DNA of 64,000 bases from the human T2T-CHM13v2.0 reference genome, Homo sapiens. This document shows, piece by piece, positions 40,047 through 52,929 of the stretch. The stretch lies in the NCBI RefSeq assembly GCF_009914755.1, contig NC_060942.1; one strand, given 5' to 3'. The notes below the pieces were generated by a model, which saw nothing but the letters and a program-made list of their open reading frames with translations, searched no databases and was not told the origin of the DNA. A program made the position numbers and the translations under genes. The first letter of the stretch is position 1; each line of letters starts with the position of its first letter.

Positions 40047-42081
40047 CAGTTTTGAAATGCTCTTTTTGTGGAATCTGCAAGTGGATATTTGGCTAGTTTT
40101 GAGGATTTCGTTGGAAGCGGGAATTCATACAAATTGCAGACTGCAGCGTTCTGAGAAACATCTTTGTGATGTTTGTATTCAGGACAGAGAGTTGAACATT
40201 CCCTATCATAGAGCAGGTTGGAATCACTCCTTTTGTAGTATCTGGAAGTGGACATTTGGAGCGCTTTCAGGCCTATGTTGAAAAAGGAAATATCTTCCCA
40301 TAACAACTAGACACAAGCATTCTCAGAAACTTGTTTGTGATGTGTGCCCTCTACTGACAGAGTTGAACCTTTCTTTTCATAGAGCAGTTTTGAAACACTC
40401 TTTTTGTAGAATCTGCAAGAGGATATTTGCATAGCTTTGAGGATTTCGTGGGAAACGGGATTGTCTTCAGGTAAAATCTAGACAGAAGCATTCTCAGAAA
40501 CTTCTTTGGGATGTTTGCATTCAAGTCACAGAGTAGAACATTCCCTTTGGTAGAGCAGGTTTGAAACACTCTTTTTTTAGTATCTGGAAGTGGACATTTG
40601 GAGCGCTTTCAGGCCTATGTTGGAAAGGGAAATATCTTCCCGTAACAACTAGGCAGAAGCATTCTCAGAAACTTATTGGAGATGTGTGTACTCAACTAAG
40701 AGAATTGAACCACCGTTTTGAAGGAGCAGTTTTGAAACACTCTTTTTCTGGAATCTGCAAGAGGATATTTGCCTAGCTTTGAGGATTTCGTTGGAAACGG
40801 GATTGTCTTCAGATCAAATCTAGACAGAAGCATTCTCAGAAACTTCTTTGGGATGTTTGCATTCAAGTCACAGAGTAGAACATTCCCTTTGGTAGAGCAG
40901 GTTTGAAACACTCTTTTTTTAGTATATGGAAGTGGACATTTGGAGCGCTTTCAGGCCTACGTTGGAAAAGGAAATATCTTCCCATAACAATTAGACAGAA
41001 GCATTCTCAGAAACTAGTTTCTGATGTGTGTCCTCAACTAACACAGTTGAACATTTCTTTAGACAGAACAGTTTTGAAACTCTCTTTTTGTGGAATCTGC
41101 AAGTGGCTATTTGGCTAGATTTGAGGATTTCGTTGGAAACGGGATTACATATAAAAAGCAGACAGCAGCATTCTCAGAACGTTCTTTGTGATGATTGCAT
41201 TCAAGTCACAGAATTGAACATTCCCTTTCACAGAGCAGTTTTGAAACACTCTTTTTGTAGTGTGTGTAAGTGGACATTTGGAGCACTTTCCGGCCTAAGG
41301 TGAAAAAGGAAATATCTTCCCATAAAAACTAGACAGAAGCATTCTCAGAAACTTACTCGTGATGTGTGTCCTCAACTAAAGGAGTAGAACCTTTCTTTTC
41401 ATAGAGAAGTTTTGAAACGCTCTTTTTGTGGAATCTGCAAGTGGATATTTGGCTAGTTTTGAGGATTTCGTTGGAAGCGGGAATTCATACAAATTGCAGA
41501 CTGCAGCGTTCTGAGAAACATCTTTGTGATGTTTGTATTCAGGACACAGAGTTGAACATTCCCTATCATAGAGCAGGTTTGAATCACTCCTTTTGTAGTA
41601 TCTGGAAGTGGACATTTGGAGCGCTTTCAGGCCTATGTTGGAAAAGGAAATATCTTCCCATAACAACTAGACAGAAGCATTCTCAGAAACTTATTTGAGA
41701 TGTGTGTACTCAACTAAGAGAATTGAACCACCGTTTTGAAGGAGCAGTTTTGAAACACTCTTTTTCTGGAATCTGCAAGTGGATATTTGGCTAGCTTTGG
41801 GGATTTCGCTGGAAGCGGGAATACATATAAAAAGCACACAGCAGCGTTCTGAGAAACTGCTTTCTGATGTTTGCATTCAAGTCAAAAGTTGAACACTCCC
41901 TTTCATAGTGCAGTCCTGAAACACTCCTTTTGTAGTATCTGGAACTGGACTTTTGGAGCGCTTTCAGGGCTAAGGTGAAAAAGGAAATATCTTCCCATAA
42001 AAACTGGACAGAAGCATTCTCAGAAACTTGTTTATGCTGTATCTACTCAACTAACAAAGTTGAACCTTTCTTTTGATAGAG

Positions 42082-44116
42082 CAGTTTTGAAATGCTCTTT
42101 TTGTGGAATCTGCAAGTGGATATTTGGCTAGTTTTGAGGATTTCGTTGGAAGCGGGAATTCATACAAATTGCAGACTGCAGCGTTCTGAGAAACATCTTT
42201 GTGATGTTTGTATTCAGGACAGAGAGTTGAACATTCCCTATCATAGAGCAGGTTGGAATCACTCCTTTTGTAGTATCTGGAAGTGGACATTTGGAGCACT
42301 TTCCGGCCTAAGGTGAAAAAGGAAATATCTTCCCATAAAAACTAGACAGAAGCATTCTCAGAAACTTACTCGTGATGTGTGTCCTCCACTAAATGAGTAG
42401 AACCTTTCTTTTCATAGAGAAGTTTTGAAACGCTCTTTTTGTAGAATCTGCAAGAGGATATTTGCATAGCTTTGAAGATTTCGTGGGAAACGGGATTGTC
42501 TTCAGGTAAAATCTAGACAGAAGCATTCTCAGAAACTTCTTTGGGATGTTTGCATTCAAGTCACAGAGTAGAACATTCCCTTTGGTAGAGCAGGTTTGAA
42601 ACACTCTTTTTGTATTATATGGAAGTGGACATTTGGAGCGCTTTCAGGCCTATGTTGGAAAGGGAAATATCTTCCCGTAACAACTAGGCAGAAGCATTCT
42701 CAGAAACTTATTTGAGATGTGTGTACTCAACTAAGAGAATTGAATCACCGTTTTGAAGGAGCAGTTTTGAAACACTCTTTTTCTGGAATCTGCAAGAGGA
42801 TATTTGCCTAGCCTTGAGGATTTCGTTGGAAACGGGATTGTCTTCAGATCAAATCAAGACAGAAGCATTCTCAGAAACTTCTTTGGGATGTTTGCATTCA
42901 AGTCACAGAGTAGAACATTCCCTTTGGTAGAGCAGGTTTGAAACACTCTTTTTTTAGTATATGGAAGTGGACATTTGGAGCGCTTTCAGGCCTACGTTGG
43001 AAAAGGAAATATCTTCCCATAACAACTAGACAGAAGCATTCTCAGAAACTAGTTTCTGATGTGTGTCCTCAACTAACACAGTTGAACATTTCTTTAGACA
43101 GAACAGTTTTGAAACTCTCTTTTTGTGGAATCTGCAAGTGGCTATTTGGCTAGATTTGAGGATTTCGTTGGAAACGGGATTACATATAAAAAGCAGACAG
43201 CAGCATTCTCAGAAAGTTCTTTGTGATGATTGCATTCAAGTCACAGAATTGAACATTCCCTTTCACAGAGCAGGTTTGAAACACTCTTTTTATAGTGTGT
43301 GTAAGTGGACATTTGGAGCACTTTCCGGCCTAAGGTGAAAAAGGAAATATCTTCCCATAAAAACTAGACAGAAGCATTCTCAGAAACTTACTCGTGATGT
43401 GTGTCCTCAACTAAAGGAGTAGAACCTTTGTTTTCATAGATAAGTTTTGAAACGCTCTTTTTGTGGAATCTGCAAGTGGATATTTGGCTAGTTTGGAGGA
43501 TTTCGTTGGAAGCGGGAATTCATACAAATTGCAGACTGCAGCGTTCTGAGAAACATCTTTGTGATGTTTGTATTCAGGACACAGAGTTGAACATTCCCTA
43601 TCATAGAGCAGGTTGGAATCACTCCTTTTGTAGTATCTGGAAGTGGACATTTGGAGCGCTTTCAGGCCTATGTTGGAAAAGGAAATATCTTCCCATAACA
43701 ACTAGACAGAAGCATTCTCAGAAACTTATTTGAGATGTGTGTACTCAACTAAGAGAATTGAACCACCGTTTTGAAGGAGCAGTTTTGAAACACTCTTTTT
43801 CTGGAATCTGCAAGTGGATATTTGGCTAGCTTTGGGGATTTCGCTGGAAGCGGGAATACATATAAAAAGCACACAGCAGCGTTCTGAGAAACTGCTTTCT
43901 GATGTTTGCATTCAAGTCAAAAGTTGAACACTCCCTTTCATAGAGCAGTCCTGAAACACTCCTTTTGTAGTATCTGGAACTGGACTTTTGGAGCGCTTTC
44001 AGGGCTAAGGTGAAAAAGGAAATATCTTCCCATAAAAACTGGACAGAAGCATTCTCAGAAACTTGTTTATGCTGTATCTACTCAACTAACAAAGTTGAAC
44101 CTTTCTTTTGATAGAG
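42082..44116 (+). repeat. 12-mer HOR of canonical length carrying a D/E-type patch at the A/B junction and many private SNVs
   Basis: Spacing is 2,035, but ~42298-42432 reads GCACTTTCCGGCCTAAGGTG...CTTACTCGTG...AAACGCTC instead of the usual A-tail/B-head. Confidence 0.9.
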
Positions 44117-47100
44117 CAGTTTTGAAATGCTCTTTTTGTGGAATCTGCAAGTGGATATTTGGCTAGTTTTGAGGATTTCGTTGGAAGCGGGAATTCATAC
44201 AAATTGCAGACTGCAGCGTTCTGAGAAACATCTTTGTGATGTTTGTATTCAGGACAGAGAGTTGAACATTCCCTATCATAGAGCAGGTTGGAATCACTCC
44301 TTTTGTAGTATCTGGAAGTGGACATTTGGAGCGCTTTCTGGCCTATGTTGAAAAAGGAAATATCTTCCCATAACAACTAGACACAAGCATTCTCAGAAAC
44401 TTGTTTGTGATGTGTGCCCTCTACTGACAGAGTTGAACCTTTCTTTTCATAGAGCAGTTTTGAAACACTCTTTTTGTAGAATCTGCAAGAGGATATTTGC
44501 ATAGCTTTGAGGATTTCGTGGGAAACGGGATTGTCTTCAGGTAAAATCTAGACAGAAGCATTCTCAGAAACTTCTTTGGGATGTTTGCATTCAAGTCACA
44601 GAGTAGAACATTCCCTTTGGTAGAGCAGGTTTGAAACACTCTTTTTGTAGTATCTGGAAGTGGACATTTGGAGCGCTTTCAGGCCTATGTTGGAAAGGGA
44701 AATATCTTCCCGTAACAACTAGGCAGAAGCATTCTCAGAAACTTATTTGAGATGTGTGTACTCAACTAAGAGAATTGAACCACCGTTTTGAAGGAGCAGT
44801 TTTGAAACACTCTTTTTCTGGAATCTGCAAGAGGATATTTGCCTAGCCTTGAGGATTTCGTTGGAAACGGGATTGTCTTCAGATCAAATCTAGACAGAAG
44901 CATTCTCAGAAACTTCTTTGGGATGTTTGCATTCAAGTCACAGAGTAGAACATTCCCTTTGGTAGAGCAGGTTTGAAACACTCTTTTTTTAGTATATGGA
45001 AGTGGACATTTGGAGCGCTTTCAGGCCTACGTTGGAAAAGGAAATATCTTCCCATAACAACTAGACAGAAGCATTCTCAGAAACTAGTTTCTGATGTGTG
45101 TCCTCAACTAACACAGTTGAACATTTCTTTAGACAGAACAGTTTTGAAACACTGTTTTTGTGGAATCTGCAAGTGGCTATTTGGCTAGATTTGAGGATTT
45201 CGTTGGAAACGGGATTACATATAAAAAGCAGACAGCAGCATTCTCAGAAAGTTCTTTGTGATGATTGCATTCAAGTCACAGAATTGAACATTCCCTTTCA
45301 CAGAGCAGGTTTGAAACACTCTTTTTGTAGTGTGTGTAAGTGGACATTTGGAGCACTTTCCGGCCTAAGGTGAAAAAGGAAATATCTTCCCATAAAAACT
45401 AGACAGAAGCATTCTCAGAAACTTACTCGTGATGTGTGTCCTCAACTAAAGGAGTAGAACCTTTCTTTTCATAGAGAAGTTTTGAAACGCTCTTTTTGTG
45501 GAATCTGCAAGTGGATATTTGGCTAGTTTGGAGGATTTCGTTGGAAGCGGGAATTCATACAAATTGCAGACTGCAGCGTTCTGAGAAACATCTTTGTGAT
45601 GTTTGTATTCAGGACACAGAGTTGAACATTCCCTATCATAGAGCAGGTTGGAATCACTCCTTTTGTAGTATCTGGAAGTGGACATTTGGAGCGCTTTCAG
45701 GCCTATGTTGGAAAAGGAAATATCTTCCCATAACAACTAGACAGAAGCATTCTCAGAAACTTATTTGAGATGTGTGTACTCAACTAAGAGAATTGAACCA
45801 CCGTTTTGAAGGAGCAGTTTTGAAACACTCTTTTTCTGGAATCTGCAAGTGCATATTTGGCTAGCTTTGGGGATTTCGCTGGAAGCGGGAATACATATAA
45901 AAAGCACACAGCAGCGTTCTGAGAAACTGCTTTCTGATGTTTGCATTCAAGTCAAAAGTTGAACACTCCCTTTCATAGTGCAGTCTGAAACACTCCTTTT
46001 GTAGTATCTGGAACTGGACTTTTGGAGCGCTTTCAGGGCTAAGGTGAAAAAGGAAATATCTTCCCATAAAAACTGGACAGAAGCATTCTCAGAAACTTGT
46101 TTATGCTGTATCTACTCAACTAACAAAGTTGAACCTTTCTTTTGATAGAGCAGTTTTGAAATGCTCTTTTTGTGGAATCTGCAAGTGGATATTTGGCTAG
46201 TTTTGAGGATTTCGTTGGAAGCGGGAATTCATACAAATTGCAGACTGCAGCGTTCTGAGAAACATCTTTGTGATGTTTGTATTCAGGACAGAGAGTTGAA
46301 CATTCCCTATCATAGAGCAGGTTGGAATCACTCCTTTTGTAGTATCTGGAAGTGGACATTTGGAGCGCTTTCAGGCCTATGTTGAAAAAGGAAATATCTT
46401 CCCATAACAACTAGACACAAGCATTCTCAGAAACTTGTTTGTGATGTGTGCCCTCTACTGACAGAGTTGAACCTTTCTTTTCATAGAGCAGTTTTGAAAC
46501 ACTCTTTTTGTAGAATCTGCAAGAGGATATTTGCATAGCTTTGAGGATTTCGTGGGAAACGGGATTGTCTTCAGGTAAAATCTAGACAGAAGCATTCTCA
46601 GAAACTTCTTTGGGATGTTTGCATTCAAGTCACAGAGTAGAACATTCCCTTTGGTAGAGCAGGTTTGAAACACTCTTTTTGTAGTATCTGGAAGTGGACA
46701 TTTGGAGCGCTTTCAGGCCTATGTTGGAAAGGGAAATATCTTCCCGTAACAACTAGGCAGAAGCATTCTCAGAAACTTATTTGAGATGTGTGTACTCAAC
46801 TAAGAGAATTGAACCACCGTTTTGAAGGAGCAGTTTTGAAACACTCTTTTTCTGGAATCTGCAAGAGGATATTTGCCTAGCCTTGAGGATTTCGTTGGAA
46901 ACGGGATTGTCTTCAGATCAAATCTAGACAGAAGCATTCTCAGAAACTTCTTTGGGATGTTTGCATTCAAGTCACAGAGTAGAACATTCCCTTTGGTAGA
47001 GCAGGTTTGAAACACTCTTTTTTTAGTATATGGAAGTGGACATTTGGAGCGCTTTCAGGCCTACGTTGGAAAAGGAAATATCTTCCCATAACAACTAGAC

Positions 47101-48185
47101 AGAAGCATTCTCAGAAACTAGTTTCTGATGTGTGTCCTCAACTAACACAGTTGAACATTTCTTTAGACAGAACAGTTTTGAAACTCTCTTTTTGTGGAAT
47201 CTGCAAGTGGCTATTTGGCTAGATTTGAGGATTTCGTTGGAAACGGGATTACATATAAAAAGCAGACAGCAGCATTCTCAGAAAGTTCTTTGTGATGATT
47301 GCATTCAAGTCACAGAATTGAACATTCCCTTTCACAGAGCAGGTTTGAAACACTCTTTTTGTAGTGTGTGTAAGTGGACATTTGGAGCACTTTCCGGCCT
47401 AAGGTGAGAAAGGAAATATCTTCCCATAAAAACTAGACAGAAGCATTCTCAGAAACTTACTCGTGATGTGTGTCCTCAACTAAAGGAGTAGAACCTTTCT
47501 TTTCATAGAGAAGTTTTGAAACGCTCTTTTTGTGGAATCTGCAAGTGGATATTTGGCTAGTTTGGAGGATTTCGTTGGAAGCGGGAATTCATACAAATTG
47601 CAGACTGCAGCGTTCTGAGAAACATCTTTGTGATGTTTGTATTCAGGACACAGAGTTGAACATTCCCTATCATAGAGCAGGTTGGAATCACTCCTTTTGT
47701 AGTATCTGGAAGTGGACATTTGGAGCGCTTTCAGGCCTATGTTGGAAAAGGAAATATCTTCCCATAACAACTAGACAGAAGCATTCTCAGAAACTTATTT
47801 GAGATGTGTGTACTCAACTAAGAGAATTGAACCACCGTTTTGAAGGAGCAGTTTTGAAACACTCTTTTTCTGGAATCTGCAAGTGGATATTTGGCTAGCT
47901 TTGGGGATTTCGCTGGAGGCGGGAATACATATAAAAAGCACACAGCAGCGTTCTGAGAAACTGCTTTCTGATGTTTGCATTCAAGTCAAAAGTTGAACAC
48001 TCCCTTTCATAGTGCAGTCCTGAAACACTCCTTTTGTAGTATCTGGAACTGGACTTTTGGAGCGCTTTCAGGGCTAAGGTGAAAAAGGAAATATCTTCCC
48101 ATAAAAACTGGACAGAAGCATTCTCAGAAACTTGTTTATGCTGTATCTACTCAACTAACAAAGTTGAACCTTTCTTTTGATAGAG

Positions 48186-50895
48186 CAGTTTTGAAATGCT
48201 CTTTTTGTGGAATCTGCAAGTGGATATTTGGCTAGTTTTGAGGATTTCGTTGGAAGCGGGAATTCATACAAATTGCAGACTGCAGCGTTCTGAGAAACAT
48301 CTTTGTGATGTTTGTATTCAGGACAGAGAGTTGAACATTCCCTATCATAGAGCAGGTTGGAATCACTCCTTTTGTAGTATCTGGAAGTGGACATTTGGAG
48401 CGCTTTCTGGCCTATGTTGAAAAAGGAAATATCTTCCCATAACAACTAGACACAAGCATTCTCAGAAACTTGTTTGTGATGTGTGCCCTCTACTGACAGA
48501 GTTGAACCTTTCTTTTCATAGAGCAGTTTTGAAACACTCTTTTTGTAGAATCTGCAAGAGGATATTTGCATAGCTTTGAGGATTTCGTGGGAAACGGGAT
48601 TGTCTTCAGGTAAAATCTAGACAGAAGCATTCTCAGAAACTTCTTTGGGATGTTTGCATTCAAGTCACAGAGTAGAACATTCCCTTTGGTAGAGCAGGTT
48701 TGAAACACTCTTTTTGTAGTATCTGGAAGTGGACATTTGGAGCGCTTTCAGGCCTATGTTGGAAAGGGAAATATCTTCCGGTAACAACTAGGCAGAAGCA
48801 TTCTCAGAAACTTATTTGAGATGTGTGTACTCAACTAAGAGAATTGAACCACCGTTTTGAAGGAGCAGTTTTGAAACACTCTTTTTCTGGAATCTGCAAG
48901 AGGATATTTGCCTAGCTTTGAGGATTTCGTTGGAAACGGGATTGTGTTCAGATCAAATCTAGACAGAAGCATTCTCAGAAACTTCTTTGGGATGTTTGCA
49001 TTCAAGTCACAGAGTAGAACATTCCCTTTGGTAGAGCAGGTGTGAAACACTCTTTTTTTAGTATATGGAAGTGGACATTTGGAGCGCTTTCAGGCCTACG
49101 TTGGAAAAGGAAATATCTTCCCATAACAACTAGACAGAAGCATTCTCAGAAACTAGTTTCTGATGTGTGTCCTCAACTAACACAGTTGAACATTTCTTTA
49201 GACAGAACAGTTTTGAAACTCTCTTTTTGTGGAATCTGCAAGTGGCTATTTGGCTAGATTTGAGGATTTCGTTGGAAACGGGATTACATATAAAAAGCAG
49301 ACAGCAGCATTCTCAGAAAGTTCTTTGTGATGATTGCATTCAAGTCACAGAATTGAACATTCCCTTTCACAGAGCAGGTTTGAAACACTCTTTTTGTAGT
49401 GTGTGTAAGTGGACATTTGGAGCACTTTCCGGCCTAAGGTGAGAAAGGAAATATCTTCCCATAAAAACTAGACAGAAGCATTCTCAGAAACTTACTCGTG
49501 ATGTGTGTCCTCAACTAAAGGAGTAGAACCTTTCTTTCATAGAGAAGTTTTGAAACGCTCTTTTTGTGGAATCTGCAAGTGGATATTTGGTTAGTTTGGA
49601 GGATTTCGTTGGAAGCGGGAATTCATACAAATTGCAGACTGCAGCGTTCTGAGAAACATCTTTGTGATGTTTGTATTCAGGACACAGAGTTGAACATTCC
49701 CTATCATAGAGCAGGTTGGAATCACTCCTTTTGTAGTATCTGGAAGTGGACATTTGGAGCGCTTTCAGGCCTACGTTGGAAAAGGAAATATCTTCCCATA
49801 ACAACTAGACAGAAGCATTCTCAGAAACTAGTTTCTGATGTGTGTCCTCAACTAACACAGTTGAACATTTCTTTAGACAGAACAGTTTTGAAACACTCTT
49901 TTTGTGGAATCTGCAAGTGGCTATTTGGCTAGATTTGAGGATTTCGTTGGAAACGGGATTACATATAAAAAGCAGACAGCAGCATTCTCAGAAAGTTCTT
50001 TGTGATGATTGCATTCAAGTCACAGAATTGAACATTCCCTTTCACAGAGCAGGTTTGAAACACTCTTTTTGTAGTGTGTGTAAGTGGACATTTGGAGCAC
50101 TTTCCGGCCTAAGGTGAAAAAGGAAATATCTTCCCATAAAAACTAGACAGAAGCACTCTCAGAAACTTACTCGTGATGTGTGTCCTCAACTAAAGGAGTA
50201 GAACCTTTCTTTTCATAGAGAAGTTTTGAAACGCTCTTTTTGTGGAATCTGCAAGTGGATATTTGGCTAGTTTGGAGGATTTCGTTGGAAGCGGGAATTC
50301 ATACAAATTGCAGACTGCAGCGTTCTGAGAAACATCTTTGTGATGTTTGTATTCAGGACACAGAGTTGAACATTCCCTATCATAGAGCAGGTTTGAATCA
50401 CTCCTTTTGTAGTATCTGGAAGTGGACATTTGGAGCGCTTTCAGGCCTATGTTGGAAAAGGAAATATCTTCCCATAACAACTAGACAGAAGCATTCTCAG
50501 AAACTTATTTGAGATGTGTGTACTCAACTAAGAGAATTGAACCACCGTTTTGAAGGAGCAGTTTTGAAACACTCTTTTTCTGGAATCTGCAAGTGGATAT
50601 TTGGCTAGCTTTGGGGATTTCGCTGGAGGCGGGAATACATATAAAAAGCACACAGCAGCGTTCTGAGAAACTGCTTTCTGATGTTTGCATTCAAGTCAAA
50701 AGTTGAACACTCCCTTTCATAGAGCAGTCCTGAAACACTCCTTTTGTAGTATCTGGAACTGGACTTTTGGAGCGCTTTCAGGGCTAAGGTGAAAAAGGAA
50801 ATATCTTCCCATAAAAACTGGACAGAAGCATTCTCAGAAACTTTTTTATGCTGTATCTACTCAACTAACAAAGTTGAACCTTTCTTTTGATAGAG
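48186..50895 (+). repeat. 16-mer HOR variant ABCDEDEF (2,710 bp)
   Basis: Anchor spacing 48196->50906. D-dimer ORFs at 49167 and 49842, 675 bp apart; 1-bp deletion near 49535. Confidence 0.94.
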
Positions 50896-52929
50896 CAGTT
50901 TTGAAATGCTCTTTTTGTGGAATCTGCAAGTGGATATTTGGCTAGTTTTGAGGATTTCGTTGGAAGCGGGAATTCATACAAATTGCAGACTGCAGCGTTC
51001 TGAGAAACATCTTTGTGATGTTTGTATTCAGGACAGAGAGTTGAACATTCCCTATCATAGAGCAGGTTGGAATCACTCCTTTTGTAGTATCTGGAAGTGG
51101 ACATTTGGAGCGCTTTCAGGCCTATGTTGAAAAAGGAAATATCTTCCCATAACAACTAGACACAAGCATTCTCAGAAACTTGTTTGTGATGTGTGCCCTC
51201 TACTGACAGAGTTGAACCTTTCTTTTCATAGAGCAGTTTTGAAACACTCTTTTTGTAGAATCTGCAAGAGGATATTTGCATAGCTTTGAGGATTTCGTGG
51301 GAAACGGGATTGTCTTCAGGTAAAATCTAGACAGAAGCATTCTCAGAAACTTCTTTGGGATGTTTGCATTCAAGTCACAGAGTAGAACATTCCCTTTGGT
51401 AGAGCAGGTTTGAAACACTCTTTTTGTAGTATCTGGAAGTGGACATTTGGAGCGCTTTCAGGCCTATGTTGGAAAGGGAAATATCTTCCGGTAACAACTA
51501 GGCAGAAGCATTCTCAGAAACTTATTTGAGATGTGTGTACTCAACTAAGAGAATTGAACCACCGTTTTGAAGGAGCAGTTTTGAAACACTCTTTTTCTGG
51601 AATCTGCAAGAGGATATTTGCCTAGCCTTGAGGATTTCGTTGGAAACGGGATTGTCTTCAGATCAAATCTAGACAGAAGCATTCTCAGAAACTTCTTTGG
51701 GATGTTTGCATTCAAGTCACAGAGTAGAACATTCCCTTTGGTAGAGCAGGTTTGAAACACTCTTTTTTTAGTATATGGAAGTGGACATTTGGAGCGCTTT
51801 CAGGCCTACGTTGGAAAAGGAAATATCTTCCCATAACAACTAGACAGAAGCATTCTCAGAAACTAGTTTCTGATGTGTGTCCTCAACTAACACAGTTGAA
51901 CATTTCTTTAGACAGAACAGTTTTGAAACACTCTTTTTGTGGAATCTGCAAGTGGCTATTTGGCTAGATTTGAGGATTTCGTTGGAAACGGGATTACATA
52001 TAAAAAGCAGACAGCAGCATTCTCAGAAAGTTCTTTGTGATGATTGCATTCAAGTCACAGAATTGAACATTCCCTTTCACAGAGCAGGTTTGAAACACTC
52101 TTTTTGTAGTGTGTGTAAGTGGACATTTGGAGCACTTTCCGGCCTAAGGTGAAAAAGGAAATATCTTCCCATAAAAACTAGACAGAAGCACTCTCAGAAA
52201 CTTACTCGTGATGTGTGTCCTCAACTAAAGGAGTAGAACCTTTCTTTTCATAGAGAAGTTTTGAAACGCTCTTTTTGTGGAATCTGCAAGTGGATATTTG
52301 GCTAGTTTGGAGGATTTCGTTGGAAGCGGGAATTCATACAAATTGCAGACTGCAGCGTTCTGAGAAACATCTTTGTGATGTTTGTATTCAGGACACAGAG
52401 TTGAACATTCCCTATCATAGAGCAGGTTTGAATCACTCCTTTTGTAGTATCTGGAAGTGGACATTTGGAGCGCTTTCAGGCCTATGTTGGAAAAGGAAAT
52501 ATCTTCCCATAACAACTAGACAGAAGCATTCTCAGAAACTTATTTGAGATGTGTGTACTCAACTAAGAGAATTGAACCACCGTTTTGAAGGAGCAGTTTT
52601 GAAACACTCTTTTTCTGGAATCTGCAAGTGGATATTTGGCTAGCTTTGGGGATTTCGCTGGAAGCGGGAATACATATAAAAAGCACACAGCAGCGTTCTG
52701 AGAAACTGCTTTCTGATGTTTGCATTCAAGTCAAAAGTTGAACACTCCCTTTCATAGTGCAGTCTGAAACACTCCTTTTGTAGTATCTGGAACTGGACTT
52801 TTGGAGCGCTTTCAGGGCTAAGGTGAAAAAGGAAATATCTTCCCATAAAAACTGGACAGAAGCATTCTCAGAAACTTGTTTATGCTGTATCTACTCAACT
52901 AACAAAGTTGAACCTTTCTTTTGATAGAG

